Assembly: GCA_008690995.1 (NCBI GenBank)
Contig: VRMN01000004.1
Coordinates: 1,054,001-1,118,000 of the forward strand
DNA: 64,000 nt
Origin: Porphyridium purpureum
Lineage: Eukaryota
Reading direction: 5' to 3'
Within the stretch, counting starts at the first letter, position 1; each line of letters opens with the position of its first letter. Positions 53,255 through 64,000 of the stretch are shown piece by piece. A program made the position numbers and the translations under genes. Under the pieces are notes generated by a model, which made no database searches, had not been told where the DNA came from, and worked only from the letters and a program-made list of their open reading frames with translations.

Positions 53255-54421
53255 ATGCATACTTGGATGGTTTCTGTGGCATCTCTGGCCATGGCTGTGG
53301 CCATGGCCTCGGCTCAGATTACGCTTCCTACCCCTGACGTGATCAACCCGGAAGTGGTTTATGCTATCGAATATGGTCCCGTCAAGTCGATCTTTGCTGT
53401 GAACACGTCGAGGCTCACGCCGTCAATCGAGTTGGTGTACAACATGTCAGACGGCGTACTCACGGAGCCTGACTTTCCCCTCGCGTGTTTTGGATACAAC
53501 AATGATGGCATTTCTCTGAATCCGATTTCGCCCAATGGACTGGCGTTCGATGGACAGGCGCGATTGTATTTTGATGCTTTTGATGAAATGCAGGGGAGGT
53601 CGCGCCTGTGCTACTATTCGTTCGCACTGAATAAGATTCTCTTCGTGCAGGTGTTGGAGGACAGCGTCATTGGAGCGTCGTTTTCGCAGAGATTGTACGC
53701 GTATGTGTACTTGCAGGAAGGACTTGCGGGGCCAGAGAGTCGGCTGGTGCTGCAGGTTGCAAATTTGAATCGTGCCACGGGCCAGGTGGACAAGCTCTCG
53801 TCTGAGAGGCTTTTCCGAAACATCACGGAAGACAGTAATGCGCCTGCAGGTGAGCTGCGCTTCACATTTCGTGGTGGGGACTTGGCGTTTGACTGCAATG
53901 AGATTTTGTGGGCGAGTAGCGTTGGCGACAACGGTGGCTTCAAATACTTTTTCAATGTTGACTTTAAGCAAAACGTTGGTCAGGGCGCCGCCTTTGACTA
54001 TCGGCTTGTGCATTCAGATGGTATCAACTCTGGCGGCGCTCTGACGGGCTTTGCGACACACGACCAGCTCGCGTTTGATGGAATCGGGCAGCTTATCAGC
54101 CAGAACTCGCAGTACGGAATCTTTTCTGTCGTCAATACGACAACGGGTGCAAACGGTGAGCTTGATGAGGCAAGCTCGATGGTCTTCTACACGAACGGCA
54201 AGCTGCGTCGTTTTACCGACATTGCGTCCAGTCTTGACTGCAAAGTAGACTTGAGCTGTGAAATGGTCGAGGGTGAGACATCTTGCTCTGGTGTGGCCAA
54301 TATGCTGGCACCGACGCCGGAAGGCAGCATCGATTGTGCACCACTCGTCGAGTCGTGCTTGGTTGCTCCAGCATGTGATGCCTCCCTCATCGAAGAGTGT
54401 GTCATATATGTGCCGTTTTGA
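53255..54421 (+). CDS. Secreted beta-propeller-like protein of unknown function
   Basis: Signal peptide ending ASAQ; repeated PNGLAFD/GGDLAFD/HDQLAFD units; Cys-rich C-terminus. Confidence 0.75.
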   Translation: MHTWMVSVASLAMAVAMASAQITLPTPDVINPEVVYAIEYGPVKSIFAVNTSRLTPSIELVYNMSDGVLTEPDFPLACFGYNNDGISLNPISPNGLAFDGQARLYFDAFDEMQGRSRLCYYSFALNKILFVQVLEDSVIGASFSQRLYAYVYLQEGLAGPESRLVLQVANLNRATGQVDKLSSERLFRNITEDSNAPAGELRFTFRGGDLAFDCNEILWASSVGDNGGFKYFFNVDFKQNVGQGAAFDYRLVHSDGINSGGALTGFATHDQLAFDGIGQLISQNSQYGIFSVVNTTTGANGELDEASSMVFYTNGKLRRFTDIASSLDCKVDLSCEMVEGETSCSGVANMLAPTPEGSIDCAPLVESCLVAPACDASLIEECVIYVPF

Positions 54422-55008
54422 AAGCGGAGCAAGATTGAGGATGCTTTCCGGTCGTGATTCTTTCGGGCTTTGTCGTGGTTCTTTTTGTGCAGTTTCTGTG
54501 TCGGTATTGTCCATGTTATTGCCACTGTTTCTCGTACTAGAATTGGAGCTTTTGGGTGCGCTGTTGTCTTTGCAGGGTTGATTCAATTATTCTGCAGTCA
54601 CATGGCAGAAGCATCGTTTGTTGGGTTTGTAAACTCTCTCGAACTAGACTCGGAGTGTGCGGCTGCTAGTGCTGGTTAACGCTTAGTATGATTCCAGAGT
54701 GATAATCTGTTCTCAGAGGCAGCATCGGCTTCTGTGTCAAGCATGTTCGAGAGGGGATCAGAAGACGTGTGCTTCCCTGAGACCTCCTTGAGCACGGCGC
54801 TTGACGGTCAGAAAATAATAAATAAGAAAAACGAAACCTGCTTGCTTGGCAACGACGAAATGTTCAATGACAATGCAATAGACATTACGATCAATGCAGC
54901 ATTGCAATGAGATGACGCATTCCATGCAAGGGAAAGGGTTGACGACAGCGGCGCTAGAGGTTGCGGATCGTGCCGTCGCAAACACGAGTTGCACTTCGCG
55001 AGCGTGTG

Positions 55009-56403
55009 ATGTCCGCGGCAAGCGGTGGTGCGGACGATGGGCCGCCAGCGTCGCGGACACCGAGCGCCAGGTTCACGGCGGGCGGACTGGGAATGAGCAG
55101 CAGGAGGCGTGTGGTGGGCTACGATATCCACCACGGCTTGCTGTCGCGCGCGATCTCGTCGCGCGTGCTGCTCAAGGCGCTTGAGACAATCGCGGGGGTG
55201 CACTCAATGCTGCTTCTCATGCTGCTACTTAGCTTGCATTTTCGATTCGTTCGTCATGACGCATGCGTGGAGTTGCTCAGTCAGCAACTTGCCGCTCGCG
55301 GCTGGACGGCGCAAGCGCAACAGACCGTTTATGACCCCCCGCAAGTTGATTTGCTCGTTATTCAGGTTCATACAGCCGGTACGGCGTCAGCCTGGCACGC
55401 TCTGGACGCTCGCTCGCCCCCGATACGCAGGCTAAGGCGTGAATTGATGCAGCGCGTGGGTCGCGTTGGGAAACAGCTTGCCGGCCTTTTCCGAAATGCA
55501 ACCGAGACCAATCAGAGCAGGCTACCCGCAGAGCGTGGCCTGTACCATTTTCGATTTGCACGTGACCGTGGATTTCTGGTTCTTGAAGAACAGGCGCTGG
55601 AAAAATACACGGTGCAACGCGCTCAGCTGGATCTGGAAGCATTGGATGCGTGCCTGGGCTCGCTGGATATGCGCCTGTATTTAGAGCATATTGTAGGGTA
55701 TGAGACAGTCGTAGCAAATGCAGTGGCTCAAATGATGGACCAGGAGCGGCTCCCTGGAGCTCTGCAGAAGATTGAGCGTGGCTTTCTGAAGAATATGCAC
55801 ACGGGATCAATTTATGCGCTGAGCCCCGCCGAGCTCTACCCTGTCGGCCGCGGTAAGCATGATCGCCGCAAGCTACTGGCACGTGTTGCGCAAATGGTGC
55901 GGCGGCGATTTGGTGCGTTGCTCACCTCATTTTTCATGATGTGCACTGTAGGCTCGCTGGTAGCCTTTGCATTGCGAGAAATCCACCGCCGTGTTTGGAA
56001 GCTCACAATGGAGCTGCAACAGAGGTTGCGCTCGCATGCGCCCTACTCGGATGTGCTCATGGTGTACTTGCTGGACGCGCTCGTGCTTGTGCCCATCGTC
56101 ACGGGTATTCTGTTCTTTTTATTTGAATTCTTTGAGGATTATGTTCTCGCGCTCGCTGTCTTGATCGTAGCCTGGCTCTGTGAGCTTTTCGTGATGGTGT
56201 CGAGACGTAACAACGTGTCTCTATTTTACTTGCCGCGGCTGTTTTTTGCCTACTTCATCGCATTCCATGTATACTATTTTACATATCCGCTTGGCTTTGT
56301 GTGGATAGCCTTTTTCACCAGCGTATCATTCATGCATCACGCAGTCTTGTTTGTGTGGGTCCGCTACGAATTTCCAGAGTATACACGACAGCGGTCTCGC
56401 TGA
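55009..56403 (+). CDS. Membralin (TMEM259)-like multi-pass ER protein
   Basis: LHFRFV..C, FARDRGFL.L, IVGYETVVAN, FALRE, ILFFLFEFF, YLPRLFFAYF membralin-like motifs. Confidence 0.85.
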   Translation: MSAASGGADDGPPASRTPSARFTAGGLGMSSRRRVVGYDIHHGLLSRAISSRVLLKALETIAGVHSMLLLMLLLSLHFRFVRHDACVELLSQQLAARGWTAQAQQTVYDPPQVDLLVIQVHTAGTASAWHALDARSPPIRRLRRELMQRVGRVGKQLAGLFRNATETNQSRLPAERGLYHFRFARDRGFLVLEEQALEKYTVQRAQLDLEALDACLGSLDMRLYLEHIVGYETVVANAVAQMMDQERLPGALQKIERGFLKNMHTGSIYALSPAELYPVGRGKHDRRKLLARVAQMVRRRFGALLTSFFMMCTVGSLVAFALREIHRRVWKLTMELQQRLRSHAPYSDVLMVYLLDALVLVPIVTGILFFLFEFFEDYVLALAVLIVAWLCELFVMVSRRNNVSLFYLPRLFFAYFIAFHVYYFTYPLGFVWIAFFTSVSFMHHAVLFVWVRYEFPEYTRQRSR

Positions 56404-56481
56404 TTCGAAATACAAATGTATAAAGAAAAGTCTCCTGAGGACAGAGCATCTTCATAATAGTAGGAAGAAAGTACAACTGGT

Positions 56482-56925
56482 TTAATTCTGCTTTGGCTTG
56501 GTTCTAATTGCGAGATCACTGGTCACCTCTGCGCGACAAGCGAGGCGCCAAGTGTTTGGCTTGCCAGTAAGTAAGAATGTTTCCTTGGTGGTCATTGGCG
56601 TGACGCCGCCGTATGGGTTCTCCAGTACTTCGACAACGCACGTCCCACAAGCTCCGTTCCCGCCACAGTTCCTGAACTTCCCGCCCAGAGTGTAGAGGTC
56701 CACCTTGGCGTCAAGCAACGCGCGCCTCAGGTTCTTCCCCGCATCAACCTGAATCTCACGCGTCTTGTTGCCTTCTTCCACCCGCACAGTGCACTTCTTC
56801 GCCGTCGCAACCGTGTCACTTCCAAAAACCATCAGCACCGCCGCGCGCTCGCGCTTGCACACAGCGCTTTTGGACACATTGCTGTTCCACGAGCTTGAAA
56901 CCGAGCCAGACACAAACGCAGCCAT
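56482..56925 (-). CDS. Plastid 2Fe-2S ferredoxin-like protein
   Basis: MAAFV transit peptide; NLRRALL..VDLY, NCGGNGACGTC, WRLAC. Confidence 0.92.
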   Translation of the reverse strand: MAAFVSGSVSSSWNSNVSKSAVCKRERAAVLMVFGSDTVATAKKCTVRVEEGNKTREIQVDAGKNLRRALLDAKVDLYTLGGKFRNCGGNGACGTCVVEVLENPYGGVTPMTTKETFLLTGKPNTWRLACRAEVTSDLAIRTKPKQN

Positions 56926-57370
56926 TGCTCCGAGGACAACCGAGCCAGCCAGGACACAGTCGTCTATCACTGAAGCCACACAAAAAGCGCAAGTCGACCG
57001 ATGTCACGTCTCCTACTTCAGTCACCACACTCTGTGCTGTCCTTCGATACCTCGTTCTTCACACCTTCCTGTCCTTCTCACCTTCTCACGATCTCCCCGA
57101 GCTAGCCGTCCGACTTTATACGCGACGCGCAGGACATGACCCGATGCGGACGTGTGTGGAAGAAGCCACCGCGCTGTTGCGCCAAGTGCCAAAACAGATC
57201 CATTCCATCGCCCGCGTCGCTCCGGCTCGGACGAATTCCAGCCGCAAGCAGCTGCGCGCGTGCAAAGCAGGCGGGATTGTGGCGTCGTGCGTTTATTATC
57301 GTTAAAACCGCCGTTATTTTATTCAGAACGCGAACCGGCACCGATGTACAGTTGGCGTCATGCCGCATTA

Positions 57371-59236
57371 CTATGTAATGCATGTCACATCGGTGAACGG
57401 CAGCAGCTGATGAATGGCATGCTTGACCACCTGCTGCGGAGCCGGCGCGATGCTGCACGCCGCGGGTGGCGGCATGAGACGGCAGGACGGAAAGTGCGAC
57501 GCTTCTTGGGATGCTTCTGATTCTGTGCGGCTGGAGTCAGACTTGCGCATCGTCGAGCTGCGTTCGAATTCGAGCACGCCGCCCCCGAAAACCGTGTGTG
57601 AGGGCAAACCAGCACGCGACAATTCAGTCCCCACATCACGCACAAGCTCGTCGTGCGACTTTGTAGATGAAGAACGCACCAGGTAATCGCAGCCGAATGG
57701 ATCGTTGGCCCCCTCTGAGCTCTTACTTGTCGTGTCGGCGTGCACCAGGATATAGTTCTGCCGAGCGTCGAAGCGGCCGGCCACTGAGATCGGAGGCACA
57801 GCGTAGTGACGCGCCACAGACGAAGCATATTCGCGAAGAATCTGCCCGGCCATCGCATGCTTTCCTGGTATTCCAAACGCCTGCTGCGCGGCGCTCGTCG
57901 GAAGCGTCAGTGCTCTCATCCAGCCACGCGGATCGGGAATTTGCTCTGCTTGCACCAAAGCGTATGCCAGAAAAGCACCAGGAATCCAGCGCGCGTCTTG
58001 CAATTCTTGACGGTCTGTATGTATTGTCGGAAGCGGCTCACTAAATTGCACACACGCGGCCTGCGGGATGCCGGCCTGTATCGCGTCGTCCCAGGCAGAG
58101 CCCAGGCCCAAGCCTTCATCGGTCAGACGCCTTGCACGGCCTCGAAAGCCCACCATTAGACTTCTTGGGAACGGCCAGGGCTGACTCTTTACGTACTGAA
58201 TCGAGCGCGGTTCCAGCAGGACACCGCTTTCTTCCCAGACCTCGCGTTGTACTGTCTTTTCGAGTGATTCTCCGAGCTCGCAAAAGCCCGCGAGGCAACT
58301 ATACCTACCAAACGGCCACTTGGCACCGCTTCCAAGCAATACAAAGTCACCGAGTCGTGCTGGAGCTTCAACCAGACACAGCACTGCAGGATCAGTCCGA
58401 GGGTACTCTTTTTTCGGACGAGTATCCGGGTCGTGCACTACCTGCTGACTGGCTGCTCCACCGGGTGCCGCGCGCCAAGATATATTTGATCGAACGGCTT
58501 GGTTGGCGTGAAATGCGAGCAGGCCATTTGCCTTGGCGAGCACCGCAGCGTCCGAAGCGTCGAGGTGCGGGCTGCCATCCCTCACGGCGGTCCACGAGAC
58601 AGCGTACTCTGGGCCGAATTGATTGCTGGCGAGGTCGGAAAGCACGGATCGCGCACGTGGTTCTAACTCTGCAGCAAAGTAGCAGGCCCCAGACTCACCA
58701 TGGGCGCCCAAGAGTACATATTCATTTTCACGCGACATCCATGGCCGAATCACCGCAGCCATGGATGCCGGTATGGTGATGGCGTGGCAGCTTTCAACTC
58801 TTCTGTGTTGAGCAAATAAAAAGCGGCCCTGAACTAAAAGCAGAAGACGGGCATCCCCATTCATCAAATCGGGCTCTTCTTCGGCAGTCATCTCTAGCGG
58901 CGCTGGCTTGAGCTGCATCTCGGCATAGAAAATGAACTCGTCACCGTTACGCACCCGTGTCTGCAGTTTGTCGAAAATGACGCCTTGTGTCTGACAATAT
59001 CTTAAGACATCGCTTCGTACTGCACGTTGCGCAGCGTCCTCGCCGTCGACGGAGGCGATCATCGACACATTTGCACGGCGCAGAAATCGGCTTTGAGATG
59101 CGCACGTGCGTCTGTCCCGAAACGTCGCTCCAGCACGGCAAAGCCGACACACCGCAGCCTGCGCCAAACCGCGCCGCCGATGGCTACCGCCGCCGCAACG
59201 AGCACTAAAACCGAGACCGAGACCGCCCGTAAACAT
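57371..59236 (-). CDS. NudC/NUDT12-type NADH pyrophosphatase with C-terminal Janus/PHPT1-like domain
   Basis: YPRTDPAV, Nudix box GFCELGESLEKTVQREVWEESG, SQPWPFPRS; C-terminal NYILV...LVRS...H...GGG segment; organelle-like presequence. Confidence 0.88.
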   Translation of the reverse strand: MFTGGLGLGFSARCGGGSHRRRGLAQAAVCRLCRAGATFRDRRTCASQSRFLRRANVSMIASVDGEDAAQRAVRSDVLRYCQTQGVIFDKLQTRVRNGDEFIFYAEMQLKPAPLEMTAEEEPDLMNGDARLLLLVQGRFLFAQHRRVESCHAITIPASMAAVIRPWMSRENEYVLLGAHGESGACYFAAELEPRARSVLSDLASNQFGPEYAVSWTAVRDGSPHLDASDAAVLAKANGLLAFHANQAVRSNISWRAAPGGAASQQVVHDPDTRPKKEYPRTDPAVLCLVEAPARLGDFVLLGSGAKWPFGRYSCLAGFCELGESLEKTVQREVWEESGVLLEPRSIQYVKSQPWPFPRSLMVGFRGRARRLTDEGLGLGSAWDDAIQAGIPQAACVQFSEPLPTIHTDRQELQDARWIPGAFLAYALVQAEQIPDPRGWMRALTLPTSAAQQAFGIPGKHAMAGQILREYASSVARHYAVPPISVAGRFDARQNYILVHADTTSKSSEGANDPFGCDYLVRSSSTKSHDELVRDVGTELSRAGLPSHTVFGGGVLEFERSSTMRKSDSSRTESEASQEASHFPSCRLMPPPAACSIAPAPQQVVKHAIHQLLPFTDVTCIT

Positions 59237-59396
59237 CTTGATCTTTGCAAATTCACCGGCGACAGACGACAGTGACGAACGCCTTTTGAGCTGCGAGATT
59301 TCCGCCACTCTCTAGTCGGACCTTGTGGAAGAGGACCAGTCCATTGGAAGCATATTTACTCGTGCTGCTCGCACACGGGAGTGGATATAACATATT

Positions 59397-60230
59397 TCAG
59401 CTTAAATAAGGAGGGGACAGTCCGCCGTCGCTCACGGGGCTGCTGCAGATCGACGTCAAAGAAGACAGTCGTCGGCGCTTGGTCATGTGGCCTAAAGGAG
59501 AGTTAATGAATGACTCTAGGTCGCGCTGCGCAAGTTGAACGGCGCCAGTGTCGAGCGCGGCGTCCGCCAAGAGGGAAACCAGGACGTCTGTGTCGTCACT
59601 CAGACAAAACGAGTCTATGGCGACAAAGAAAGCTGCCGCTCCCAGCTCGCACGCATCCAGACCCACAAATTCGCCCTTTCTCAGCGAGCTCAGCACGATC
59701 TCATTTGCTTTGCACACTGTGTACGACGACGGCGACATCTCCAGGTAGTCTGCTAGCGATTCAACCATCCAGCTACTGCACGGCACATTCATTTTCCATT
59801 CGAGAACCCGCAGCACCAGCAGCTCGAGCTTGCGCATATAATCCACGTCCTCGCTCACCAGATTGAAGCAGAACATACGGTCCACCGGCTCGTTGAACTT
59901 GATCGCCAGCAGTAGGCAGCTCTTGGCAAAGTTCAGACTATTGATGCCATCAGGATCGACGCGAAGCAGCACGCGGTGCAAGTAGCGGAACGCGAGCTCG
60001 ACGGTCTTTGTCGAGAGGGTCCAATCGTAGGCCTTTTGTGTCATATACGCAAGACACGACTCGAACACAGCCTCTTGTCTGAGGTCAAGCGACGCGGCAG
60101 CCCTACGAAGCTCCGGCTCATACGAAGCTTGTTGTTGTTGTTGTTGCGCCTTTGCTCGAAGCTGCGTAACGAGATCGCCGTGCCTCCGAGACTTCTCATT
60201 CTCGACCTGCCCAGCTCTTTCGCCCGTCAT
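59397..60230 (-). CDS. Cyclin-like protein (paralog 1)
   Basis: TVELAFRYLHRVL, SCLLLAIKFNEP and LELLVLRVLEWKMN cyclin-box motifs. Confidence 0.88.
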   Translation of the reverse strand: MTGERAGQVENEKSRRHGDLVTQLRAKAQQQQQQASYEPELRRAAASLDLRQEAVFESCLAYMTQKAYDWTLSTKTVELAFRYLHRVLLRVDPDGINSLNFAKSCLLLAIKFNEPVDRMFCFNLVSEDVDYMRKLELLVLRVLEWKMNVPCSSWMVESLADYLEMSPSSYTVCKANEIVLSSLRKGEFVGLDACELGAAAFFVAIDSFCLSDDTDVLVSLLADAALDTGAVQLAQRDLESFINSPLGHMTKRRRLSSLTSICSSPVSDGGLSPPYLS

Positions 60231-61480
60231 GGCTAGACTCCAACGGCGCAGCCGCGACTTGTTTGGTTCTCGGGATTCCTCCTCCTCGTGGGCAGCGCAA
60301 CAAGCTACCCACACCTCCGTGCGTTCTGATTTAATACCCCTCCACCTGCGTGACGCACCTGTGTGCGCGCGCTTGTAAGGTCATGCGCGACGCAAAAGTG
60401 CCCATGTTTCGTATCAGACAAATCCTCTGTGTCGGAGACCAGATGTCCCAGGATAAGTTGTCAAACGCCGCTGTTTTCCTTACGTCCCACCAACATTGCT
60501 CTGCCGCGGTGGAGAGGAGTCGTGGACAGGATCATACAACGACCGGCATTGTACGAACGAGCTTCACAATAAAACGCCACGTGCTGCGTTCGATATTCAA
60601 TAACTGTGCTGCTCTTTCCGGGGTGGTTGTTTTTGTTGTTCTTGCGATATCCTCTGCTCCATTCCTCTTTTTAAAAAACGGTTCTTGGTACCGGATCCGT
60701 TCATTGGAGGAGTTGGTGGTGGTTGTAATGCAATTTTTGACTTCTTTTTTGTTCCTCGGGGATACGGAGTAACGGTTTTCTTGGAGGCTCACCCAAGAAG
60801 TGGACCTCAAAAATAAACAAAAATAGAGGAAACAGAAACGAATTAGGCAGAGGATGTCGAACCCGCGGGAACGACAGCGGAATGTCCCACGTTGTCCCGG
60901 GCCACGTCGGATTCAAAGAAGCCGTTATTTGTTCGTGCAGAAGCCGCCGAAAAAACATAGACGCATCGCGGACGCCTGGCTAAAAATTTCGGAAGTCTCG
61001 ATCTGGCGGGAAGAGTGTTGTAAGAAAGCTGCGACCATGTCCCACTGTCAATGATTTGTGCTTGCCGTCAGGGTTGTTGGGCTTGGGCCATTCCATGGTT
61101 TGTGGCAAGAGGGTTAGCTCGATTCGTGCGATCAAGAGCTATGGCAGGGTGGCGCGTCACGCCATACGGCAGAGGGTTGCCACAATCTGGTCAGGTGGCT
61201 GCGTGAATAATATTGTTTTTACAACCGCGAGGTTAACATCGTATGATCAAAGACCAGGAAGGGCCACGTGGGACGAAGAAGCCAGTGCTGCAACTCGAGT
61301 GGCACCACGAGGGAAGGTTTGTGTCTCACGTGAGTGCGCGTTCTGGGTCGGCCTAGCTCGAACAATTCCACATTCCGTCAATGGCCAGAGACACTCGGCG
61401 TCGGGATAGGTCTAGTGATCGCCGGCGGGAATCTTTCAGGCGAGCTTGGTGCTCCGAGCCCAGCTTCGCGTCACATATAC

Positions 61481-62305
61481 TTAAAGAGGAAGTCCACATT
61501 GCACTCGCATCGGCGAAAACCCAGACTCGCTCATTGGGCTGCTGCAGAGTGACGACAGAGAGGACAGCCGCCTGCGCTTGGTCATGTGTCCGTCCGGCGA
61601 GTTGATGAACGCCTCGAGGTCACGTTCCACGAGCTGCACCATGCCCACATCGAATGACGCGTCCTGCAACAACGCGATAAAGCGCTCTGTGTCGTCGCTC
61701 AGCGAAAACGAGTTTATGGCAACCAAGAAAGCCGCCGCACCAAGCTCGCATGCGTCCAGTGCAATAAATTCGCCCTTACGCAGCGCACTCAACACGATTT
61801 CGTTCGCTTTGCCTACCATGTACGACGAGGGCGCTACCCCCAAGGAGGATGACATGCCGTCTACCATCCAGCTGCTGGTCGGCAGGTTCAATTTCCAATC
61901 CAGAACGCGCAGCACGATCAGCTCGAGCCTGCGCATGTACTCCAGATCCTCGCTGACCAGATTGAATCCAAAGATCTGGTTCACCGGCTCGTTGAATTTG
62001 ATCGCCAACAGCAGGCAGCTCTTGGCAAAATTGAGACTATTAAGGCCGTGGGGATCAACGCAGAGCACGACGCGGTGCAAGTAGCGGAACGCGAGCTCAA
62101 CCGTTGTCCTCGACAGGGTCCAGTCGTACGCTTTTTGAGTGATGTATGCGAGGCACGACTCGAACACGGCCTCTTGTCTGAGATCCAGCGACGCGGCAGC
62201 TCGACAGAGATCAGGCTCGTGCAATGCTTGGTGCTGCTGCGCTTTTGCGCGCAGCAACAAGGCTAGGTCCATGTTTTCCTTGTCCTGTTGTTGAAGCCTG
62301 CCCAT
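61481..62305 (-). CDS. Cyclin-like protein (paralog 2)
   Basis: Same cyclin box; start codon uncertain (62305 or 62488). Confidence 0.88.
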   Translation of the reverse strand: MGRLQQQDKENMDLALLLRAKAQQHQALHEPDLCRAAASLDLRQEAVFESCLAYITQKAYDWTLSRTTVELAFRYLHRVVLCVDPHGLNSLNFAKSCLLLAIKFNEPVNQIFGFNLVSEDLEYMRRLELIVLRVLDWKLNLPTSSWMVDGMSSSLGVAPSSYMVGKANEIVLSALRKGEFIALDACELGAAAFLVAINSFSLSDDTERFIALLQDASFDVGMVQLVERDLEAFINSPDGHMTKRRRLSSLSSLCSSPMSESGFSPMRVQCGLPL

Positions 62306-62924
62306 TTCCTCGACTTGCGAGCCAGTCTCGCGGGCAGCTCTGCCGACAATGGCGGCTGCTTGTCGCTGGCAGCTTGCCCTTCTTGCAGCAGGTATCTGCC
62401 AGCTTTTGTCGAAGGCGCTTTCTGTCGAATCGCTCAGACGTTCTTTCCTTGGCCGACTGCGTTTGTGGGTTAGCCTCAAATGATCCATCGCGTGATATTC
62501 TGCGTGAACAAGCAGCGCTGGCCAACGTGAGTGAACTTGCACGCTAAGGCAGAGCCCCCCCCACCCGCCGACGGTCCCATCCGACGCAGCGCGTGAAAAT
62601 CAGTAAGTGGAGGTGACTGCCACGAGAAAAAATGAACAAAAAATTCGGTTTGGCGGAGGGAAATAAAAATTAAAAACGGCTCTCGCTAAAATACGGATGT
62701 TTCAGTAGGAACACATCTTGAATCATGCGGCAATGTGGGACACAGCCTTGAATGTGACCTGTTGTCCCGGTTGGGAGGGGGTCAGACAACAACACGCGCG
62801 CGCACGTCTTGGCTGACAGGGGAATAAGATGTGGCTCGGATGACCAATGAGAAGGGAGGGCGGGAGGAAAGAAGACACACAAGGAAACAGAATAATTAAG
62901 CCGACCATCGGCAAGCCGTTACTT

Positions 62925-63743
62925 CTATGGAGACAAGGGGGAAAGCATGTCGCCGTCGTGGGTCAATGATCTGCCGCTCATCAACGATAGGGTGGAGAGC
63001 CGCCTTCGCCCAGTCATTTGTCCAAAGGGCGAGTTTATGAATGCCTCAAGATCTCGCTCCACGAGCTGCACATAAGCCAAGTCGAGCGGAGTCTCTTTTA
63101 ACGCCTCGACGAGAGGGCCCGTGTCTTTGCTGAGAGAAAACGAATTCAGGGCGACAAAGAACGCCGCCGCTCCCAGCTCGCACGCATCCAGACCCACAAA
63201 TTCGCCCTTTCTCAGCGAGCTCAGCACGATCTCGTTTGCTTTGCACACTGTGTACGACGACGGTGACATCTCCAGGTAGTCGGCCAGTGATCCAACCATC
63301 TAGCTACTGCACGGCACATTCATTTTCCATTCGAGAACCCGCAGCACCAGCAGCTCGAGCTTGCACATGTAGTCCACATCCTCGTTCACCAGATTGAAGC
63401 AGAACAGACGGTCCACCGGCTCGTTGAACTTGATCGCCAGCAGTAGGCAGCTCTTGGCAAAGTTCAGACTGTTCACGCCATCAGGATCGACGCGAAGCAG
63501 CACGCGGTGCAAGTAGCGGAGCGCGAGCTCGACGGTCTTTGTCGAGAGGGTCCAATCGTAGGCCTTTTGTGTCATATACGCAAGACACGACTCGAACACA
63601 GCCTCTTGTTTGAGGTCAAGCGACGCGGCAGCCCTACAGATCCCTGGCTCATGAAGTGCTTTTTGCTGCCGCGCCTTGGCCCGCAGCTGAGTGATGAGAT
63701 CGTTCCTCCTCTGCCAGTTGTCCATTTCTCACAGCCGGCTCAT
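62925..63743 (-). pseudogene. Cyclin-like paralog 3, interrupted by in-frame stops
   Basis: TAG at 63300-63302 replaces the Trp of SSWMV seen in the paralogs; also TGA at 63729-63731 just after the ATG that aligns with paralog 2 MGRL. Confidence 0.8.
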
Positions 63744-64000
63744 TCCCGGGCAATGTATCTGGGCCGCTCTTCTCGAGCCGTCCACATGGTCGCCCGATCG
63801 CCTCCGTTGTCTCCCCCCTGTTCCAAGAATGCCGAGAGTGAGACTACACCTCTTATACGAGGGCTACAAGTGTCCCAAGCAGCGATCGACGCTGGTTTTC
63901 CATGGGACGGCCGTGCGATGCACTACCCTCGCTTGCATCGCGCGTGATCTGCCTCCAGCAGAATCGCGAAATTGGCACCATGAACGGTGGCATGTTGGTG

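Noticed and set aside
60850..60900. tRNA-like GTCGAACCC fragment
   Set aside because: No cloverleaf could be built; no tRNA, rRNA or snRNA genes were recognised in the window.

Overview
Gene-dense, almost intron-free eukaryotic DNA. The MAFV/MAAFV-type plastid transit peptides, compact intergenic spacers and a single spliced gene suggest a unicellular red alga, Porphyridium-like (inference). It opens with an intact, apparently recent 5.4 kb LTR retrotransposon (533-5934, minus strand). The element has identical 303-bp LTRs, a 5-bp TSD (GTTTC), non-canonical CG...CG termini, a gypsy-like gag/protease joined to copia-order IN-RT-RH, and a visible -1 frameshift signal. About 30 single-copy genes follow: sterol methyltransferase, Prp28, MDH, V-ATPase d, RNase II, RPT4, rhomboid, FBPase, spliced TIM10, PAQR, TBC, membralin, ferredoxin-like, NudC and others. 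There is also a tandem trio of R2R3-MYBs and a tandem trio of cyclins, one of them a mosaic pseudogene. The most notable candidates are: (1) a secreted alpha-carbonic anhydrase fused to a Hedgehog-type Hint autoprocessing domain with a sterol-recognition-like tail; (2) the CG-ended chimeric retrotransposon; (3) a recurring clustered GTACAG promoter motif; (4) a WW-IQ-BAG protein and a NudC-Janus/PHPT1 fusion. All family calls come from motifs recognised by eye, without database searches.
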